Under the pieces are notes generated by a model, which was not told the DNA's origin, did no database searches, and saw only the letters and a program-made list of their open reading frames with translations. A program made the translations under genes and the position numbers. A stretch of DNA of 64,000 nt from Nanobdellota archaeon (GTDB taxonomy: Archaea; Nanobdellota; Nanobdellia; Pacearchaeales; GW2011-AR1), in NCBI GenBank assembly GCA_038045765.1, contig JBBSXN010000005.1, forward strand, positions 136,218 to 200,217. Reading direction: 5' to 3'. Shown here piece by piece: positions 42,532 to 51,800 of this stretch (position 1 is its first letter; every line of letters starts with the position of its first letter).

Positions 42532-43432
42532 TAATGACTTCCAGGTCATGTGCGATTTCAGTGTTTTTGAAGACTTTCTTTGCTTCTTCTTTTAGTGGTT
42601 GTGAATCATTACTGTGTCTTTCAGAAATATGTGTTAAAATTAATTTCTTTGATTTTGATTGTTTCGCTATAGTTGCTGACTGTTTTGCAGTTAAGTGTTT
42701 GTAATCATTTGCTAGTTTTGCTCCTTTTTCCGAACTTTCTAAAAAGCTTGATTCAGCTATCAGTAGGTCTGAATCTTTTGCAATACTTATGGCATTTTTA
42801 TTGAATAGAGTGTCTAGAATAATTGTTAATTTCTTTCCTTTTTCTTTGTAAGTTACTTGCTTAGATTTAATTGTTTTATTTTCTATCTTTATGTTTTTTC
42901 CTTTCAATAATTCCCTCATTATTGGAGAATTTGGAATTTTTAGCTTTTTTAGCTTGTTTTTGTCTAGTCTTAATTTGTCTTTTAAAACTATAGAATATGC
43001 TAGAGAAGGAGTGCCATGAGACATAGCAGAAGCTTCAATAAAGTAGTTTTCATTTTCAAATATCTTGCCAGGATTTACTTCGTGCAATTTATATGCTATT
43101 TTATGATGTCCTAAAAGAATGTTAATGCTATTCATAAAATCTTTTGAGCCTTTTGGTCCATATATCTCTAATGTCTTTGAATAATCTGATAATGCTAGTG
43201 TTTGAAATAAACCTGGGATTCCTAGGATGTGGTCTCCGTGCCAGTGTGTGATAAGTAGTTTTGTTAGTTTATGAGGACTAATGGCTGCTTTTCTAAATTG
43301 AATCTGAGTTCCTTCTCCACAATCAATTAGAATTGATTCATTTAGTAGTTGAGCTAAGATTGCTGTGTGGTTTCTTGTAGGACTAGGCACCGCGCTTCCT
43401 GTTCCTAAGAAGGTTACTTTTATATCTTCCAT
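42524..43432 (-). CDS. rnz: ribonuclease Z (tRNA 3' endonuclease, metallo-beta-lactamase)
   Basis: VTFLGTGSAVPS...NHTAI, LIDCGEGTQ, ITHWHGDH, C-terminal LTHIS. Confidence 0.85.
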   Translation of the reverse strand: MEDIKVTFLGTGSAVPSPTRNHTAILAQLLNESILIDCGEGTQIQFRKAAISPHKLTKLLITHWHGDHILGIPGLFQTLALSDYSKTLEIYGPKGSKDFMNSINILLGHHKIAYKLHEVNPGKIFENENYFIEASAMSHGTPSLAYSIVLKDKLRLDKNKLKKLKIPNSPIMRELLKGKNIKIENKTIKSKQVTYKEKGKKLTIILDTLFNKNAISIAKDSDLLIAESSFLESSEKGAKLANDYKHLTAKQSATIAKQSKSKKLILTHISERHSNDSQPLKEEAKKVFKNTEIAHDLEVITI

Positions 43433-43470
43433 TATTGAATTAAGAAACTAGCTTTTATATAGATTCCGAG

Positions 43471-44145
43471 ATGCTTACGCATAAGGTTTATAAGAAACTT
43501 AATCTATTTATAATAATGGTAAGAGAAAGAGTTATAGCTATATTTTTAGGCCTTATGTTATTTACTGGAGCTATTTTTTTCATTCAGTTAAATACTGAAC
43601 AAGGTTTTACTGGTTCTATAGTTCAGGATGCTAGATTAAAGCTGAGCGATAGTAAAGATGTTGGAGAGGGTTTTTCTTTAGATATAAATAGTTATGATAT
43701 TAGGTCTAACTTTATCGATGTTAGTTATAGTATTAAAGATAATTCTGGTGATAATCATGAATTAGAAATAAATTATTTTATCCATGATGAAGCTACAAAG
43801 GTAATCAAATCTGGAAGGGAAAGCGTAATTCTTCAAGCTGGAAAGGAAATGGATTATACATTATCAATTCCATTTAATAAAGAGGTAAAAGATAGTTTAT
43901 TTCTCACAATATTAGCAGATGATGGAATTAATGAGCGAAGAGCTAGAGTTCCTATTACTGTCTCATCGGGAAGTATTACTGGTAGTACAATAGGAGAAGA
44001 TAAAATCACTGCAACAAATTACTTTTTTATTATGTTTATTGCTTTGGCAGTTTTATTTTATTGTGTAAGAGCAATTTATTCTTATAGGCTGGGAAAGAAG
44101 ATTTCTAATAATGGTAATGATAGGTTCATATCTATACATCATTAA
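43471..44145 (+). CDS. bitopic envelope protein (N-terminal and C-terminal TM), hypothetical
   Basis: N-terminal helix VIAIFLGLMLFTGAIFFIQL, beta-rich middle, C-terminal helix YFFIMFIALAVLFYCV. The real start may be the ATG at 43516. Confidence 0.45.
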   Translation: MLTHKVYKKLNLFIIMVRERVIAIFLGLMLFTGAIFFIQLNTEQGFTGSIVQDARLKLSDSKDVGEGFSLDINSYDIRSNFIDVSYSIKDNSGDNHELEINYFIHDEATKVIKSGRESVILQAGKEMDYTLSIPFNKEVKDSLFLTILADDGINERRARVPITVSSGSITGSTIGEDKITATNYFFIMFIALAVLFYCVRAIYSYRLGKKISNNGNDRFISIHH

Positions 44146-44249
44146 GCATATAGGTAATTCTAAAGATTATAAATAATCTTTAGCCCATTTAGCTTCAAGG
44201 AAGCTAAAGTTTTAAATAACGTCTTTTTGTGATTATAGAGTTAGGCTAT

Positions 44250-44324
44250 GCTCCCGTAGCTCAGCCTGGATAGAGCATCAGACTTCTAATCTGAGGGTCG
44301 CAGGTTCAAATCCTGTCGGGAGCG
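44250..44324 (+). tRNA. tRNA-Arg(TCT)
   Basis: GCTCCCGTAGCTCAGCCTGGATAGAGCA-TCAGA-CTTCTAA-TCTGA-GGGTC-GCAGGTTCAAATCCTGT-CGGGAGC-G. Confidence 0.9.
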
Positions 44325-44408
44325 CTTCGTTTTATAGGATTTGAATATCTCTTGCTTTTATGCTTGGAGTAAATATTTATAAGTCATTAGTATTAAACTC
44401 AGATGTAC

Positions 44409-44481
44409 GCACAGGTGGCGAAGTGGTTAACGCGCTCGGCTGCAACCCGAGTATTCGGGGGTTCAATTCCCTCCCTGTGCT
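44409..44481 (+). tRNA. tRNA-Cys(GCA)
   Basis: GCACAGGTGGCGAAGTGGTTAACGCG-CTCGG-CTGCAAC-CCGAG-..-GGGGGTTCAATTCCCTC-CCTGTGC-T. Confidence 0.85.
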
Positions 44482-45311
44482 TTTTGTATATTAAGATATC
44501 TATCAATTATTCCAAGATCATGTCTATCTACATCATCTTGTTTTTTCCTTTTTTCCTTTACTAGTCTTATCCAAGGTAACCCTGCGATTCTGATTGTGAA
44601 GTAACCTATTTTTAATTCAATTGGTGAGTACAGACTTGCCGGTAGGCTTAAATCTTGTTTATCCCAAGAAGTTACTTTTACTTCACTAGCTGATAAAATT
44701 TTATGATCTTCCATTATTGCAAACTGATTATTATGCCAGGGAGTTACTTTTTTTCCTTCTCTTGTTTCATAGAAAAATGGATAAACATCAAGATAGCTTA
44801 GTCTTGTTTTATGAGGCCAGAGGATATCTCCCGCTTTATCTATTTCTACAAACCTTAAATTATGGACTTTTTCATCAATAGCTTGCTTTGCAGTTATTTT
44901 TTCATATCTATCAACTTTCCAATGTATTGCTTTTAAACCAGTACTAAATAAGTGAGTTACTAAGGTATATTTACTTGGAGTATGAGAAGGATTTGTTAAA
45001 ACTCTTTCAAGATTTAAAAGTTCTGGAGCATACATACTCAAATGAAATGCATTATGATTTCTATAAATTCCTTTTTGTTCAACCGGAAGACCTAAAAATT
45101 TAGAAATATCTGGACTTTGAGAGATAGTTAGAGGGATTGCTAAACCTCCAGATAACTCTACTTTCAATTGCTTATTGTCTAATTTTATATGCGTTCCTAC
45201 TCTTCTTGAGAGTATTTCTATATCTTTTAGAATTTCTAAAGCTTTTTTTTGTTCGATAACTCTTCCATTTTCTAAAGCTTTTCTATGAATCTGATTAAAT
45301 GTCAGAACCAT
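44463..45311 (-). CDS. hypothetical protein (282 aa); 3' end overlaps tRNA-Cys
   Basis: Clean ORF with no recognised motif. The last ~6 codons plus stop are antisense to the 3' 19 nt of tRNA-Cys. Confidence 0.5.
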   Translation of the reverse strand: MVLTFNQIHRKALENGRVIEQKKALEILKDIEILSRRVGTHIKLDNKQLKVELSGGLAIPLTISQSPDISKFLGLPVEQKGIYRNHNAFHLSMYAPELLNLERVLTNPSHTPSKYTLVTHLFSTGLKAIHWKVDRYEKITAKQAIDEKVHNLRFVEIDKAGDILWPHKTRLSYLDVYPFFYETREGKKVTPWHNNQFAIMEDHKILSASEVKVTSWDKQDLSLPASLYSPIELKIGYFTIRIAGLPWIRLVKEKRKKQDDVDRHDLGIIDRYLNIQKAQGGN

Positions 45312-45421
45312 AAAAATTCATCATTTACCTCTTTTTAAGCTTATATCTCCTATTTTCTCGAGTGAATAAGTTTATAAGGGTGGAATTTTATCTCTATATA
45401 GGAAGGTATAAGGAGGTTAAA

Positions 45422-45571
45422 ATGGCAACACAAGGTTATTGCGTAAAGTGCAAGAAGAAAGTTGACATCAAGAATCCTGTAGAATCTAAGACTTCAAAAG
45501 GCACTAAAATTGCAAAAGGAAAGTGTCCTGACTGCGGAACAACTGTTTGTAGAATGGGCGGATTGAAGTAA
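45422..45571 (+). CDS. small zinc-ribbon protein (49 aa)
   Basis: AAGGAGG 6 nt upstream of ATG 45422. MATQGYCVKCKKKVDIKNPVESKTSKGTKIAKGKCPDCGTTVCRMGGLK has CxxC...CxxC. Confidence 0.55.
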   Translation: MATQGYCVKCKKKVDIKNPVESKTSKGTKIAKGKCPDCGTTVCRMGGLK

Positions 45572-45608
45572 CTTCACACTTTTATTTTTTATACTTTTAA
45601 ATATTATT

Positions 45609-47255
45609 TTATTTTTTCTTTAGAATTCTTATTAGTATTAATCCGATTATTATAAGGGAAATAATGGTTAGGAGAGGTATTTTTAATCTCTCCAGAGTTA
45701 TCTCCTTTTGACTTTTGACTGTAAACCAGACACTACTGCTAGCAATTTCTTGGTCATATTCAATGGTCACATATAATATATGCTGCCCAGACCTAACATT
45801 ATCTGGAAGTTTGAATACCTTTTCTAAAGATAATTCTTTATTTACATAGAGAGTTTCATTTTCAGTTAGTATGATTTTATTATACTGATCTTTGAGGTAG
45901 TAAGTTGCTTTAACTTGAGTTTCTTTTTCACCTAAATTATATAATTTTAATGAAGAGATAAGGTCTTCTCCAGGAGATGCAGTAAGATGGCTATTTTTGA
46001 TACTTATTTTAACATCAAATAAAGACTTTACCGAACTGATAGTTATAGAAACCGGTACACTAATATCTGCAATTCTAGATTTTATTAGTATATTTCCTAT
46101 GTAGTTATCTTCTGATAAGTTTTCACCAGCTATGAAATTTAAGTTAATCTCTTTTGATTGCCCTTTTGTTAAGTTAAATGATTTTTCATTAATTACCAGT
46201 ATATTTTCTAAGTTGGAGGATAATTCGATAGAAATATCTGATCTGTTGGAATTAATTATAGTTAAATTATATTTAGTTAATTCTCCTTTCTTTAAATTAA
46301 CAGCTAGATTATCTGGTTGGACTGTAAATGGAGGGTTTTGTGCTATTCCTCCTGCTCCAGAACCCTCTGAAGAACTACCAGAACTGCTGCTAGAGGAGCT
46401 ACTTCCTCCTGAATCTCCACTTCCTGAAGATGAAGTAGTTTCTTCTGCAGAATATGTCGAGAATGAAGTTACATTAAAGGTTAATGTTCCTGAAGAATAA
46501 GTTATCTTTGCACATTCACTTGATGAACATAAAGACCCATCTTTTAGTATTCTCGGGTTTGAAAAAGTTAAGTTATATAGCGTTAGAATTGCCGATTTGT
46601 TGAAGTTAGGCAAGGCTGAGGAGTTTAATTCAATTCTATTAAAACTTATATTCACATTATTTGATAGGTCGCATAAGTTATTAGAGCATTGTGTAAGATT
46701 GATTGTTTCCTGGAAATTAATCTTCCCAAAATTGCTTTTTTCTAAAGATATATTGCTTAAATTTTGAATTTCTTCATAACCGTAGTCATAAAAATCAGTT
46801 GTTTCTCCTTCAGTTATAAATTCATTATAACTAACATTAAATCTAGTATTATTTATTGTAAAATTAATATTTTTAACAACAACATTATTATCAGTATCAT
46901 TGGCATAGATGCGTAGGGAATGAGCGCCATTTGAAGATATATTAAATAAAATCGGAGCAGTGATAGTTATGTTTGTACCACCATCTAAAGCATACCAAAA
47001 AGCCATTTCATTAACTGAAGTATAATTTAGAAGGATGTTCTCTTTCGTAAAATAAGTCACGTTTCTCGGGCTTATTAGAGCAGTATTTGGTAAAAGAGCA
47101 GTAATTTGAACAGATATAGAAGCATATTGTACTGTTGCTTTGCCCGTAATGGCCTTTCCAGTAATAGTATTATTTGAAGAAGAGATACTAGATGAATTTG
47201 TAGATAATATTATAATCAATAGTAATATTATCAGACAATTAGTATATTGTTTCAT
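45609..47255 (-). CDS. NxS/T-rich surface protein (548 aa) with Ig-like domain, Ser/Gly linker and C-terminal TM anchor
   Basis: Signal MKQYTNCLIILLLIIILS. Domain NVTYFTKENILLNYTSVNE..YALDGGTN...HSLRIYANDTDNN is related to the Ig-like repeats of the giant. Linker SSSGSGDSGGSSSSSSSSGSSSEGSGAGG. Anchor IPLLTIISLIIIGLILIRIL-KKK. Confidence 0.65.
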   Translation of the reverse strand: MKQYTNCLIILLLIIILSTNSSSISSSNNTITGKAITGKATVQYASISVQITALLPNTALISPRNVTYFTKENILLNYTSVNEMAFWYALDGGTNITITAPILFNISSNGAHSLRIYANDTDNNVVVKNINFTINNTRFNVSYNEFITEGETTDFYDYGYEEIQNLSNISLEKSNFGKINFQETINLTQCSNNLCDLSNNVNISFNRIELNSSALPNFNKSAILTLYNLTFSNPRILKDGSLCSSSECAKITYSSGTLTFNVTSFSTYSAEETTSSSGSGDSGGSSSSSSSSGSSSEGSGAGGIAQNPPFTVQPDNLAVNLKKGELTKYNLTIINSNRSDISIELSSNLENILVINEKSFNLTKGQSKEINLNFIAGENLSEDNYIGNILIKSRIADISVPVSITISSVKSLFDVKISIKNSHLTASPGEDLISSLKLYNLGEKETQVKATYYLKDQYNKIILTENETLYVNKELSLEKVFKLPDNVRSGQHILYVTIEYDQEIASSSVWFTVKSQKEITLERLKIPLLTIISLIIIGLILIRILKKK

Positions 47256-47305
47256 ATCTTTTTATGAGGCCATTTATATTTAAATGTGTTTAGAATAGAA
47301 TATAA

Positions 47306-47866
47306 TTATTTATTCTTTGACTTTCTAACAAACCAAATAATTATTGCAATCAAAATTATTATTCCCACTAACATGTAAATATAAGAATTATTAGATTTTA
47401 CTGGTTTTTCTTCTATGATTGTTTTTTCTGTTGGCACTACTATATCGAATGACTTGTCAAATACGCTTCCTAAGCTAAATCCAGAGGCTGAAGGGTTTAC
47501 TGCTGAGAAAGATAAGATAACATTATGTCTCTCTCCTATTTTGGCTGTTGCAGGCATAGTAACTTTTATATTTACTTTGATGTTTTGAGTTTGTGCTGGG
47601 ACATTGTAAACTTCATTTGAATCAATTAATTCAATAAATTCAGCTCCTTTAGTTATACTTACTTTAAAATTAAGATCATCAGTCCCAACCATGTTCTGCA
47701 ATTCAAAAAATATTTCCTTTGATTCTCCTGGTTGAAGGTAAAGTGGTCTTTCGTTATCTCCATCCCAGTAAAATGAAGTGACTCCTGATGCTGAAACAAA
47801 TGAGAGTGTTAAAGCTAGAGCTAAAAGAGAAAACAATGCAAGATTTATTGATTTATTGATTTCCAT
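47306..47866 (-). CDS. surface beta-sandwich protein (186 aa) with C-terminal TM anchor
   Basis: Signal ...LALTLSFVSASG; C-terminal YIYMLVGIIILIAIIIWFV-RKSKNK. Same architecture as ORF 31059-31622. Confidence 0.6.
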   Translation of the reverse strand: MEINKSINLALFSLLALALTLSFVSASGVTSFYWDGDNERPLYLQPGESKEIFFELQNMVGTDDLNFKVSITKGAEFIELIDSNEVYNVPAQTQNIKVNIKVTMPATAKIGERHNVILSFSAVNPSASGFSLGSVFDKSFDIVVPTEKTIIEEKPVKSNNSYIYMLVGIIILIAIIIWFVRKSKNK

Positions 47867-47868
47867 TT

Positions 47869-48831
47869 TTAAACTATTTTAATTGTCCAAGGACCTTGAG
47901 TAGTATTTGTTGTATAAGCTTGAGAGATTATTTCAGTTCCAATTGTTCTTATACAGAAGTATAGCTGTTCTTGACCTGTTGAACCATCATTAGCAGAATG
48001 ATTTCCTATAAGGAGTCTTGATTGATTTATACTAGTAAATATGCTTTTATTCATACTAGTTGCGTTGTTTAATCCGCCAGAAATATCACATTCTCCACTA
48101 CTTCCAGTTGTAACTCCTACAGATATATTAGCAGCCCAAATACCATATACTGCGTTTGTTTCTCCTATCAAGTCTGTTGCGTTAATTTGAACATTACCTG
48201 CAGTAATGTTCTTGTTACCTGTGTTGTTTAAAAGAAGAGGATCGTTATTTGAAGTCTGGTTAGATGAACCTCTAGATAGTGTTGCGAAAGTCAAGTTACC
48301 TGGACTAGATACAAAGGCAGAAGTTTGACCAAGAGTGAATGTTGCTGTATGATTAACTACGTTTGTACTACTTAAGTCTCCTGCAGACACATTAACAGAC
48401 CAAAGTCCAGATGCGTCAAAATAGTTAATTGCTATAGAACAAGTAAAGTTTGCATAGTCGGTTGAAAAATTAGCAGTGCCTACGCAACCAGTTGAATTTG
48501 ATTGTCTAGTTACTTCATTTGTTTTATTGAACTGTGCTTTAGCGTTAGTTCCATTAATATTGGTAAAACCATCTACATCGTGTACAGTGAAATTTAACAT
48601 TACTAATGTAACTCCATTTTCAGTAATAGAAGGAGCTGCATTAATAATCACCATAGTTATATTTGGAGGAGTACCTGCTATGCTAATATTTAATCCAACA
48701 TTTTGACTTGTTGCTCTACCCGTTATAGAACTAAAAAAATCTGATAAATCTGCTGAAACGAATGAAATCATTAAAATTGAAAATAGTAAAAATCCAAAAA
48801 TAAAACTAGCTCCTCTTTTTTTGTTTTCCAT
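47869..48831 (-). CDS. surface protein paralogous to the C-terminal ectodomain module of the 2210-aa giant
   Basis: Track start 48846 is GTG. ATG 48831 lies ~25 nt after TTTAAATATAAAA. N-terminus MENKKRG-ASFIFGFLLFSILMISFV is pilin-like K-R-G-A-S. Shares long identical runs with the giant (NDPLLLNNTGNKNITAGNVQINATDLIGETNA; NDGSTGQEQLYFCIRTIGTE) and ends ...GPWTIKIV-stop. Confidence 0.65.
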   Translation of the reverse strand: MENKKRGASFIFGFLLFSILMISFVSADLSDFFSSITGRATSQNVGLNISIAGTPPNITMVIINAAPSITENGVTLVMLNFTVHDVDGFTNINGTNAKAQFNKTNEVTRQSNSTGCVGTANFSTDYANFTCSIAINYFDASGLWSVNVSAGDLSSTNVVNHTATFTLGQTSAFVSSPGNLTFATLSRGSSNQTSNNDPLLLNNTGNKNITAGNVQINATDLIGETNAVYGIWAANISVGVTTGSSGECDISGGLNNATSMNKSIFTSINQSRLLIGNHSANDGSTGQEQLYFCIRTIGTEIISQAYTTNTTQGPWTIKIV

Positions 48832-48865
48832 CACTCCATTAATCACATATTTTTATATTTAAACC

Positions 48866-51800
48866 TTACTGTGGTGCGATGTATTCTTTTTCTTCTCTAT
48901 TTTCTGTTGCTTTTTTGTATGTTGTCCAAATATTTCTTTGATCCCTATTCAATAACTTAGCAATTTCCACATATTTTAGACCTTTTTCTTTAAGATATAT
49001 TATAGATGATTCAATTATAGTATGATCTCTATTTCCAATGAATGAAAGTGGAAGTAATGGAGTGTTTTCATTTATCTCTAAGCTATAACTTATCTTTTTA
49101 CTCGCTTTATTATATGCAGTCCAGATAGTTCTTTGATCTCTATTCAACAATCTAGCAATTTCCACATAACTTAGACCTTTGTTTTCTTTAAGATATTTAC
49201 ATACTGCTTCTAATCCTCCAAGACCTTTTGTAAATATACTTACAGGAATAGTATCATTTATATTTTCATTTATAATTTGAAGTAATTCTTGTTTGGTAAT
49301 GGAGTATTTCTTTTGTATTTCTTCAAATAAGATATTTATTACTTCAGATTGTGGAACTGATTCTTTAATTGTTATTTCTGTTTTAGTTATTAATAATGCT
49401 TTTAGCAATTTATCTTTAGTTATTTTCTTCTTCTTTCTTGAAAGAGAGCCAAATGCAAATGCTACTGCTAATATTTTTATTGTCCAAGGACCTTGAGTGG
49501 TGTTTGTAGAATACGCTTGTCCTATGTTTTCAGTTCCAATTGTTCTTATGCAGAAGTACAATTGTTCTTGGCCTGTTGAACCATCATTAGTAGAATGATT
49601 ACCTACAAGAAGAATAGATTGGTTTACGGCGTTAAAATAGCTTTTATTCATACTTGAAGCGTTCCCATTAATTCCAATATCGCATTCTTTATTGCTTCCA
49701 GTGAAGATTCCTACAGAGATATTAGCCGCATAGATTCTATAGGCTGCATTCGTTTCTCCTATCAAGTCTGTTGCATTAATCTGAACATTACCTGCAGTAA
49801 TGTTCTTGTTACCAGTATTATTCAAAAGAAGAGGATCGTTTGATGCTGTTTGGTTAGATGCCCCCCTAGATAATGTTCCAAATGTTAAATTACCCGGACT
49901 AGTTACAAATGCTGAAGTTTGACCTAGAGTGAATAATCCAGTTTGATTAACTGCATTCGCACTGCTTAAATCGCCGATAGATGCATTAACTGTCCAATCA
50001 CCAGAACCATCAAAATACCATATATTAACTGTACATGAGAAATTAGCATAGTTTGTTGACCAATTAGCAGTGTTTATACATGAAGGATCTTTTCTTGTTG
50101 TTTCAAGAGTTCTATTAAATGAAGCTTTAGCGTTGCTTCCATTTATATCTGTAAAACCGTCAGCATCATAGACTGTAAAGTTTAATTTTGCAGAAGTGAA
50201 AGAGTTTTCAGTTATTGAGAATGAGGAAGAGATAGTAACATTTGTTATAACTGGTGCAGTATTACCTGAACTTATTGTTACAGTTCTTGATCTGCTGTTT
50301 CTATTTGCTGCTGAATCAACTGCATAAGATGTGAATGAATGGGAACCAGTTGATAGGTTTGTGAAGTTATTATAATATTTATTTGCAGAAGCATTGTATA
50401 ATGACTTTATTTCTGCTAAGGATAAAGATCTATTGAAAATCATAATTTCATCCATCGAACCATTGAAATACTCCACTGCTCTTCCTGGGCTGTTGATAGA
50501 TATGACATTAAAACTCGATGTTCTTGTTGGATTAATACTAGATTTAATACCATTTAAATAAGCACTACTTACATTACTGCTATTCTGACTTATAACTATA
50601 TGAAACCAATTAGTAGTATCAATCGTGAGATCGGTGTACGTAGTTGGCGAAGAACTCTCAAAATAGAGTTTATTTGTAGTTTGAGTAATAAAAATACCAT
50701 CTCCTCCTCCGAAACCTATTAAAGTTTTCCAGTTATTAGATGTTAATTCATTTCTTTTTATCCAAAAAGAAAAAGTAAATTCTTGTGGAGGAGCAAGGGA
50801 AATAGCGGGGACGCTAACCCAATCATCGCCACCATCAAATACAAAACTTTTTCCGAATCTTCCAGAACCTTGGCTTGAGTTCTGTGAAGCTCCATTTTTA
50901 GCAGAACCATTATTTATTCCAGTTAAATCAATGGGATCGCTGCTCGCATTTAAATCATCCATTGTCCACCAGCCTACAAGTGAATTGTCAAAGTTTGTTA
51001 CGACATAGTGGTCTGGGTCTGATAAGCCTGACAATGAACCATTAGATGAAACATTTACTACTATTGCTGTTGCTGATTGCGAAGAAGCATCTGCAGGAGT
51101 ATTTCCTATAAATGAAATTGCAGGTTTTGTTGTATCTACATAGAAAGTAATATTTGATGTTAAATTAGTATTTCCAGCAGTATCATTTGAATATACTTTG
51201 AAGTTATATGTTCCATCAGCTATTGAAGTATTTGTTGCATTGAAGCCTGTTCCGGATGCATTTCCAGTCATAGAATAGTTTGTTAATCCATTATCTAATG
51301 AATATCTAACAGAACCATTTTCATTCAGACTTACATTGAAAGTTATAGAGGATGAATTGTAAAATGCAGTCTGTGGATTTATTATTGTAACAATTGGGCT
51401 TGTTAAGTCTATACTGAATGTAACATTCGCTGTATTGTTATTATTTCCAGCAGTGTCATTAGCATAAACTTTGAAAGTGTAGCTTCCTGCAGCTATGCTT
51501 CCATTGCTTCTGTTAAGCATTGATCCTATTGTTCCTCCAGTAGAATTTAGAAGAGTATAATTATTCAATCCATTATCTAAAGAATATTTTGCTGAACCTT
51601 GCTCATTCAAGCTCACATTGAACATTAGAGGTAGATGAATTGTGCTGTAAGTAGTGTTGGCTGGGAAGTTTATTGTTATTACTGGTGAGGTTGTGTCTGG
51701 TGTTATTAGATAGTCTGTTGTTGCATTAGCAGGATTTGTTGTTGTTGCTTGCAGTATCGGAGTGAAGAATCTATTTGAATCTGATGTTAAAAGAAAGTTT

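Noticed and set aside
47869-50265. Possible diversity-generating retroelement (template/variable repeat pair) given two ~0.8-kb similar segments in surface-protein genes of a DPANN-like archaeon
   Set aside because: Mismatches between the copies involve all four bases rather than adenine-specific substitutions. Both copies are coding and far longer than typical TR/VR. No reverse transcriptase ORF (YxDD-type) is visible anywhere in the window.
51125-51700. Tandem ~285-nt repeats that could be mistaken for a repeat array or CRISPR
   Set aside because: They are in-frame, divergent Ig-like domain repeats inside the 2210-aa ORF. There is no short identical repeat/spacer periodicity anywhere in the window.
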